A stretch of DNA of 64,000 nt. Origin: a virus (taxonomy: Duplodnaviria > Heunggongvirae > Uroviricota > Caudoviricetes). The notes under the pieces were generated by a model. It was not told the origin of the DNA. It did no database searches and saw only the letters and a program-made list of their open reading frames with translations. Position numbers and translations under genes: made by a program. Below are positions 58,101 through 64,000 of the stretch, in pieces; the first letter of the stretch is position 1; each line of letters starts with the position of its first letter. The stretch is taken from the IMG/VR virus record IMGVR_UViG_3300028914_000001, positions 157,489-221,488 of that record, one strand, 5' to 3'.

Positions 58101-59594
58101 TTACCACTCTTCTTCCTTAGCAGCCGTACCGAACGGACGGTCGAGCGTGTGGCCAGCCTTGTCTGCAACACCAACGGTGTCGAGAGTTACGCCCACAGTC
58201 GGACCTTCGTTAGATTCCCACGGGATGTCACCAGTGAAGGAAACACCGAGGAGGTCGTTGTTCACGAAGCGAACAACACGGTAGAACAAGCCGCAACCGA
58301 GCAAGTTGCTGACAATGGCGTAACGGCTCTTCACGATGAGACGTGGGCTTCCGTCTTCCTGTCCTGCAGTCTTGCAGAAGATATACGGGATGTACGGCAT
58401 GAAGATGATACCAGATTCGCCCTGACGTGGTCCCTTGTAACCAACGAGAGCGTAGTCCTGCCAAGAATAGATATCCTGGTAGAGCTTAATCTGACCGTTC
58501 AGGAGAGAACCAGCGTCGGAAACGCCACCACCCGGCTGAACAGCGGCATCTGTACCGAGGTAAGTCGGGATATAGATACCAGAGTTGAGAGTAGAGATTG
58601 CAGCAACGATGCTCGGAGAGCAGATTGCAAAGTTACCAGAGCCCATGCGGGTCGTAAGAGAAATCTTACGGGCAACTGCGATAATCGTGTTCACGATACC
58701 GCCAGCAATCTTTTCAGCGACCCAACGGCCATCCTGGAAGTTTGCGTGACCAGAGAGGTCAACGGTGATAGCGGCTTCACCACCAAACATCGGGTTCTGA
58801 GCGACAGACACCATAGCAGCGAGGATTTCACGGTCGATTTCCTGCTGAATCTCAAATTGGAGACCTTCGAGCAAGAGTGCTTCAACGTCTTGGCCATGGG
58901 CTGCCGCCATATCCTGTTGAAGTTCCAAGGTGTAATGGCTCTTGATAGCCTTCGTACCAACACGGATAGCACCACTTACGACCTTGATAGAGGCCTTCTT
59001 GATGTTGTAGTGGCCAGTGTTTTCATCGTAGTAGTCACCAGTACCCGGCTGGTCGCCAAAGTGGTTGGTGAGGTAAGCGTTACCAGTCTTGTTGGCAGAG
59101 TTCATTGCAGCGCCATCATAAGACGGACCACCGAACGTGCCTTCACCGTAGTTGGAGAGCATTTCGCCAGCCATCGTTGTCCACGGGTTGAAGGTGCCCT
59201 TCACACCAGTGTGGTCAGACACGAGGTCATAACCAATTTCCTTCTTGAGACCCTTACGGAAACCAACAGTCTTCGGAGCTTCGTCGTCATAGAGGAAACG
59301 AAGTGCGAAGTAAATTCCGTTAGGAGTTGTGGTCGGGATGGTAGCTACGGTCTGCATAGCCAAGAGGTCAGGGAACTGACGACGTACCAGCGGCAAAGCG
59401 TACTGCTGGTATTGGGCTACGTCAGCACTGACGTTAGCAGATTCTGGGAGGAAACCCTTGTTGAGCTTGCACTGGGTTTCAAGAAGTGTGGAAACCACAG
59501 CAGCTTCAGCACGGGACTTGAGCTTACGACCAAGGTTGGATTCCAAAATTGGAGCCCACTTGCTCGTAGCTGACTTAGGTCTGAACTGTTGCAT
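58101..59594 (-). CDS. gp23: Major capsid protein, T4 gp23-like
   Basis: KWAPILES, LPLVRRQFP, GIYFALR, YTLELQQDM.A.HG.D.E, EIDREI, GNFAICSP, PYIP, KSRYA; start revised to ATG 59594 (59612 is an alternative). Confidence 0.95.
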   Translation of the reverse strand: MQQFRPKSATSKWAPILESNLGRKLKSRAEAAVVSTLLETQCKLNKGFLPESANVSADVAQYQQYALPLVRRQFPDLLAMQTVATIPTTTPNGIYFALRFLYDDEAPKTVGFRKGLKKEIGYDLVSDHTGVKGTFNPWTTMAGEMLSNYGEGTFGGPSYDGAAMNSANKTGNAYLTNHFGDQPGTGDYYDENTGHYNIKKASIKVVSGAIRVGTKAIKSHYTLELQQDMAAAHGQDVEALLLEGLQFEIQQEIDREILAAMVSVAQNPMFGGEAAITVDLSGHANFQDGRWVAEKIAGGIVNTIIAVARKISLTTRMGSGNFAICSPSIVAAISTLNSGIYIPTYLGTDAAVQPGGGVSDAGSLLNGQIKLYQDIYSWQDYALVGYKGPRQGESGIIFMPYIPYIFCKTAGQEDGSPRLIVKSRYAIVSNLLGCGLFYRVVRFVNNDLLGVSFTGDIPWESNEGPTVGVTLDTVGVADKAGHTLDRPFGTAAKEEEW

Positions 59595-59693
59595 AATGTT
59601 ATCCTGTGCCATCTGGCACTGTTTGAGTTCTACTTTAAGTTTATTGAGGTATTTCGACAAAAAATTTTTTACCTCAAAATCTGCATTGAAATG

Positions 59694-59721
59694 AAAAAAA
59701 CCCTCCGAATGGAGGGTTTTT
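59694..59721 (-). terminator. Terminator between portal and capsid genes (late-like AATAAACTTA at 59636-59645 follows)
   Basis: aaaaaaaccctcc-gaat-ggagggttttt. Confidence 0.75.
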
Positions 59722-59745
59722 GAGGTGATTTTCGGCTGTATTTCG

Positions 59746-61449
59746 CTAGAAGGCTCCTGTCTCGGGTGGCGGGGCCATTCCGCCGAAGTCGCCCAAGGAC
59801 TCGCCTTCGCCGCTATCGGCATCGGTTTCTTCACCGAGGAGAACCTTCTGTTCATGCTCACGCCACTTGCGGTTCTGAGTGAGGTCGGCATCTGAAATAC
59901 CGAGACCGTAACGGAGACAGTATTCTTGGGAAAGCGGGTTGTTCGGGGCATCGTCCTTCACAGCAAATTCCATCATGCTCTGGAATACTGCGAGACGGGT
60001 AGTCCATACGTCGGCATCGATGTAGCTCTGGAAACCATTGCTTCGCTTGAACTTGATGTCGAAGTTCTCTTCCAACTTGATATTCTCGGTAAATTCTTTC
60101 CTTGTATTGAGCACCATGATGAAGAGTCTTACGAGAGCTTGTTCGAACGGTGTCTGGTAACGGTCAACGAGTCTAGCGAATGCTACTTCCGCCTGAGTAA
60201 CTTCACCAACCTTACCGTTGGAGTAGTTTACACTGTCGCCAGCCAATGCTGTGATACGTCCAGGAGGCACCATCAAGGCGTTGACGAGGTTTCTCTTGAA
60301 GAATTTGAGGTCGTCGATGTTGCCTAGCTGGTCACCGCCAGGTAGTCTTTCAATGGTTGAACCTGACGAACCGCCCTGAACAGGGATGATGAAGTGTTCC
60401 GATAGGCCGATTGCCTTACCCCAGTTGGTAATTTCACCCGTAGTGGCGTTATAGTCAATCTGACGGCTGAACATCTTGGCCTGTTCCTTCATTGTCGCTT
60501 CGGCCTGCGGTTTAGGCTGGCCAGCCACGTCAACTTTTAGAATCATCTTTTCGGAGCCCCAGAGAACACGGTACATAACAACGCTATCTTCAATCGTATT
60601 CAGTTGGTTGTGTGCCTTCACTGCTGGTTCGAGGATTGAACGGGGGTCGTTCACGCCGCCTGGGCCGTAAAGGTCGAGGGAGAGGAACAAAATCTGGTTC
60701 GGAGAGTAGTCGATGTAATTCTTGCTGGTATGTGCGTATGTTCCAGTAAGCATTTGACGATAGCCGATAATCAAGTTATCCTGGACGACCACAATCATAT
60801 TTTCGCCCGGTAACATGTTCAGTCCGACGATTTCATTGGTTTCCTCGTCATATACGACTTCGAGGAAGAGTCGGCCTTCGATGAGCATCTTTCTCATGTA
60901 CTGCCAAGCAGTCTTCTGGAACTTGAAAATCTTCCTGAGCACATCCCTTTTGAAGATTGTCTGCAAGCTCATCTTTGTCACTTCGGCAATTTCAGAATAT
61001 TCGTTGACCTGCAAGCTGCAAATGTCGCCCTTGTCGTCCTTATAGATTGCCTCATTGCAAATCTGGGTCAGAGACTCGTTCACCTCCGAGCGTGTGGCGA
61101 TGATGTTGTACTTCAACATGCGTTCCACGTTGTTTCGCCAGTAGAGTTGCACCTGATTTTCGGCGATGGTATCTTGAACCTTGGTGGGGTCAATCTGCCC
61201 GTCGTTAATCATGATGGTCGGCATGTAGGTGGAGAATCCGTCAGGTGACATACCGTTCGGGTACATCATCTGCTGGACGCCCTGTCCTACCGCATTCCTG
61301 GACCTTGATATTTCATGGTTCAGGTCTTCTCCGTTGAACATTCGGTCAAAAAGTTCGCCTCTCGGGTTATTTTCGCCGTAGTCTCTCACATGCGTCATGA
61401 CCATGGACGCAATGTTTTCGGGTCTTTTCTTTTTCGATGAAAAAAGCAT
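59746..61449 (-). CDS. gp20: Portal protein, T4 gp20-like
   Basis: EVNESL..ICNEAI, IEGRLF, SILEPA.K..NQL..IEDS.V.YR, LPGG.QLG.IDD..FF...L..ALMVP. Confidence 0.93.
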   Translation of the reverse strand: MLFSSKKKRPENIASMVMTHVRDYGENNPRGELFDRMFNGEDLNHEISRSRNAVGQGVQQMMYPNGMSPDGFSTYMPTIMINDGQIDPTKVQDTIAENQVQLYWRNNVERMLKYNIIATRSEVNESLTQICNEAIYKDDKGDICSLQVNEYSEIAEVTKMSLQTIFKRDVLRKIFKFQKTAWQYMRKMLIEGRLFLEVVYDEETNEIVGLNMLPGENMIVVVQDNLIIGYRQMLTGTYAHTSKNYIDYSPNQILFLSLDLYGPGGVNDPRSILEPAVKAHNQLNTIEDSVVMYRVLWGSEKMILKVDVAGQPKPQAEATMKEQAKMFSRQIDYNATTGEITNWGKAIGLSEHFIIPVQGGSSGSTIERLPGGDQLGNIDDLKFFKRNLVNALMVPPGRITALAGDSVNYSNGKVGEVTQAEVAFARLVDRYQTPFEQALVRLFIMVLNTRKEFTENIKLEENFDIKFKRSNGFQSYIDADVWTTRLAVFQSMMEFAVKDDAPNNPLSQEYCLRYGLGISDADLTQNRKWREHEQKVLLGEETDADSGEGESLGDFGGMAPPPETGAF

Positions 61450-61455
61450 AATTTC

Positions 61456-61668
61456 CTACCTGGGGTACTTAAATCTGATGCCTTCGAACATCACATAAAA
61501 GGTTGGTTTACGTTCGGATATGTAGAATGACTTTAACGATTCGTTGAGTATGTTCTTGGACAAAAGTCTCCTGTTGTTAACCTCCGCATCGACTATCGTG
61601 CGGAAATCACACAAGTCCACTTGGAAGACTGGAAGACCGTTGTATCTGTATAATTCACCCATAGTCAC
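61456..61668 (-). CDS. Small hypothetical late protein
   Basis: 70-aa ORF between late box 61699 and the portal gene. Confidence 0.55.
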   Translation of the reverse strand: MTMGELYRYNGLPVFQVDLCDFRTIVDAEVNNRRLLSKNILNESLKSFYISERKPTFYVMFEGIRFKYPR

Positions 61669-61698
61669 ACAATAAATTATATTTTTGGTGATTTATCA

Positions 61699-61708
61699 AT
61701 AGTTTATA
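61699..61708 (-). promoter_or_regulatory. Late promoter box TATAAACTAT (portal operon)
   Basis: Exact motif. Confidence 0.75.
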
Positions 61709-61781
61709 CCCCATGCGTTGATAGCGCTGGATGAAAAATGTATTTTATCGATGTAAGTACCTTTATTTTACAGGGATTATC

Positions 61782-62117
61782 ATGAGCAAGACTATTGATT
61801 TGACCATTAGCGACAGAGTTGCAATCGGACGTTATGTGAACCTTATCCGTTGCACAATCCCAATCCGTCTAGTAATCGACGAGTTTAACGACAAGTTCGT
61901 TCCGACCGCAGAGGAATTGAAGAAGGCTGGTGCCGTAATCGAGATGGGCAAGCTAGCCAAGATTAAGGACGATTTTGTCAAGTCTTTCACCGATGAAGAT
62001 GTTCCGCAGGTTATCCGGGATGGCATTGCGGAATTTATCGAGAAACTTGAATCTAACAAGAATGCCGACGCTGCGTACGTAGAAAGGGTCACCTCTGCAT
62101 TGAAGAAGTTGATTTAA
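61782..62117 (+). CDS. Hypothetical protein
   Basis: Start revised to ATG 61782 (AGGGA upstream). Confidence 0.55.
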   Translation: MSKTIDLTISDRVAIGRYVNLIRCTIPIRLVIDEFNDKFVPTAEELKKAGAVIEMGKLAKIKDDFVKSFTDEDVPQVIRDGIAEFIEKLESNKNADAAYVERVTSALKKLI

Positions 62118-62118
62118 T

Positions 62119-63012
62119 ATGTTGATGTCCCGTTATTATTACATGATGTCTGATTTCTATCTCCATGCGGACGAGAACACGACATCAACGATGGTTGAGA
62201 ACTTTGCCGAGCAGCTGGACAAACTGTACGACTCCGGCGAGGCAAACAACACGGTAATTCCAATCTTTATTGTGCGTGGAGGCGATGAGTCTAACCCGAC
62301 GTGCAGTCTGGAACCGTTGTACTTTATTGCTATCGACGGGGTGCCTCTCATATTCTCCACCTGTTACCGTCTTTCTGGCGATTCGTTGAAATCTATTGAC
62401 AGTAATGCAGACGGCGGCTCATTTATAACGGAGATGCTCGCATACAACAACACCCATGTGTACCAGCTAGGGGCAATCGACTCGGTAACATCTGTTGACG
62501 ATGCTCTGCAGCAGGCTACGGCTGGCAATCTATTGGAAAGCGACCAGATTGATGCCGAAATGCTGAATACGCTTCTTATCCAGAACGAGATTGAGCCTAT
62601 TCGGAAATTGGAACTCCCGAATGCAGGATATGTCGAGGTCTATGCTTTGACTGGTGCCGAGATGGACGCCTTGCAGAAGGACAAGAACTATAACAATCCG
62701 TACGGACAGACGATTGTCGACTACGATAATTCAGATGGGGTGTACTACCTTGTCGGAATCGGCGGTAACGCTGCCATTCGTGAAGTTGCGGTAAGATGCG
62801 GCTCCGATGGGTTCATGTACACGATTTGGACGAACAACTCTCCAAAATTTCTCAATCGGGCCACCGTTATTGCAGAGGATTTTCCAATAGAAGCAATAGA
62901 AAATGACCTCACCGACATGAGCAAGGCCCTTGGGGAGCATATCATCATGCACATGAGGAAAAAGAAACTCTTGGATAGCCAGGAAATCAATGCCGTAAAC
63001 GGAACGATTTAG
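62119..63012 (+). CDS. Acidic hypothetical protein
   Basis: 297-aa ORF abutting the previous gene. Confidence 0.55.
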   Translation: MLMSRYYYMMSDFYLHADENTTSTMVENFAEQLDKLYDSGEANNTVIPIFIVRGGDESNPTCSLEPLYFIAIDGVPLIFSTCYRLSGDSLKSIDSNADGGSFITEMLAYNNTHVYQLGAIDSVTSVDDALQQATAGNLLESDQIDAEMLNTLLIQNEIEPIRKLELPNAGYVEVYALTGAEMDALQKDKNYNNPYGQTIVDYDNSDGVYYLVGIGGNAAIREVAVRCGSDGFMYTIWTNNSPKFLNRATVIAEDFPIEAIENDLTDMSKALGEHIIMHMRKKKLLDSQEINAVNGTI

Positions 63013-63021
63013 CGCCACGAT

Positions 63022-63031
63022 TATAAACTAT
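63022..63031 (+). promoter_or_regulatory. Late promoter box TATAAACTAT
   Basis: Exact motif 22 nt upstream of ATG 63054. Confidence 0.75.
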
Positions 63032-63053
63032 TTTTTGATTGAAATGGTGAATT

Positions 63054-64000
63054 ATGGCGATAAATCTATACATACGACTGGCAACTACATTCAACGAATT
63101 CGAAAATATTAATCAGCACTACAAGGAAATTTATCGTTTCCATGCGACTGGTAGTGATGCCAATGCCCGTGTCCAAAATTATCGACTTCGCCATTTCCTA
63201 ACAGCAGGTGCGCCTAATTCCACCGTTACACCTAACAGTGGGTTGATGGTATATGATGGAACTGGCATTATGCCCTTGACGGGTTCGTACAATGACTGGA
63301 ACACGCCGAATAGACCTCCTCGGATTGATAATGGCAACAAACAGTTCGATACTGAACTCATAATGAGATTCGACAGAGACAGCATCTTTAGTCAACTTTC
63401 CAATAATGCACAGGTTTGGATTACCACACCGTACAGTAATGATAACGGCGGCTTTTCGACGTTTGATGTTGAGTCTTCGTTCTCGTTTCTAGGATATTCG
63501 AATGACGGGGTATTTGTCAAAAACCCAATGAATGTCGTGCTGGAGCATAAGGTCGGAGGTGGCTCGGTAACAAGGATTTATACTGATAAGAATACCCTCC
63601 CGAACGGAGGTGACTCTGGTTGTGACCCCAACGGTAACCTATACAAAGTTGAAACCGTTGTGGTTCAAACGCAGGGTGAACACGGGCTTCAGGTAGGGGA
63701 TGCTGTTACCCTTTACAGCAGGGATGCTTGCCATACCGCATACATGGCAAACTGGGGAAGAAGGTTTGGTAAGGAGGATGGTGAAAAATACCTTGGCGAT
63801 TTTGTCGTCACGAGCGTACCTAACTCATACACGTTTACTTATCAAACATACCATAACCCAATGCTCATAAATAGGGTCACTCACCCTGAAGAGTATCCGT
63901 GCCAACATACAAGTTATGACTGGCCAGACCTTGTATGGGAGCGTTGGGAACTATATGAATATAGTGAGACAGTATCCGTGGATACAAGCGGAGCATCCCC
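63054..64000 (+). CDS. Late structural protein, truncated at the right edge, with the beta module also seen in the gp7-like protein
   Basis: My translation gives MAINLYIRLA...VVVQTQGEHGLQVGDAVTL...FVVTSVPNSYTFTY; not in the ORF track because it has no stop in the window. Confidence 0.65.
   Translation, partial: MAINLYIRLATTFNEFENINQHYKEIYRFHATGSDANARVQNYRLRHFLTAGAPNSTVTPNSGLMVYDGTGIMPLTGSYNDWNTPNRPPRIDNGNKQFDTELIMRFDRDSIFSQLSNNAQVWITTPYSNDNGGFSTFDVESSFSFLGYSNDGVFVKNPMNVVLEHKVGGGSVTRIYTDKNTLPNGGDSGCDPNGNLYKVETVVVQTQGEHGLQVGDAVTLYSRDACHTAYMANWGRRFGKEDGEKYLGDFVVTSVPNSYTFTYQTYHNPMLINRVTHPEEYPCQHTSYDWPDLVWERWELYEYSETVSVDTSGAS

Noticed and set aside
58149-59573. 474-aa antisense ORF over the capsid gene, and many similar shadow ORFs
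   Set aside because: Mirror of strong codon bias on the coding strand; no promoter or RBS and an implausible composition.
59613-59951. ORF-track N-terminal extension of the capsid protein
   Set aside because: Overlaps the portal end and terminator; gp23 similarity starts near 59594.
1-64000. Stop-codon reassignment, as in some jumbo phages
   Set aside because: Core genes are full length in the standard code and TAG ends genes normally (e.g. 14711, 57336).
1-64000. tRNA genes, introns or inteins
   Set aside because: Intergenic gaps are short and explained by promoters and terminators; core proteins show no large insertions I could recognise.

Overview
Segment of a large T4-like (Tevenvirinae-related, jumbo-type) myophage genome in the standard genetic code. 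It holds virion genes: major capsid gp23 directly after portal gp20, baseplate gp6, gp7-like and gp5-like proteins, a 1.65-kaa tail fibre with a FISUMP-like domain, several large or acidic putative head-internal proteins, and a probable scaffold. It also holds a T4-type replication/recombination module (gp61, gp45-like plus a second clamp-like gene, gp32, gp41, UvsX, UvsY, RNase H, UvsW) and an accessory block (PolA/T7-RNAP-superfamily palm protein, DHH phosphoesterase, OFA-family MFS transporter, ART-like protein, two NudE-like Nudix paralogues, Tad2/DUF2829). Two promoter classes are visible: a T4-late-like box TATAAACTAT (11 exact intergenic copies seen) and sigma70-like TTG-17-TA(T/G)(A/C)TT sites before replication genes. 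The main candidate novelty is a putative capsid-cargo system. Three unrelated late-promoter proteins share an ungapped 27-aa N-terminal leader ending in a prohead-protease-type E site, and one is a Nudix enzyme whose paralogue lacks both leader and late promoter. All family calls come from motif recognition by eye; no database searches were run.
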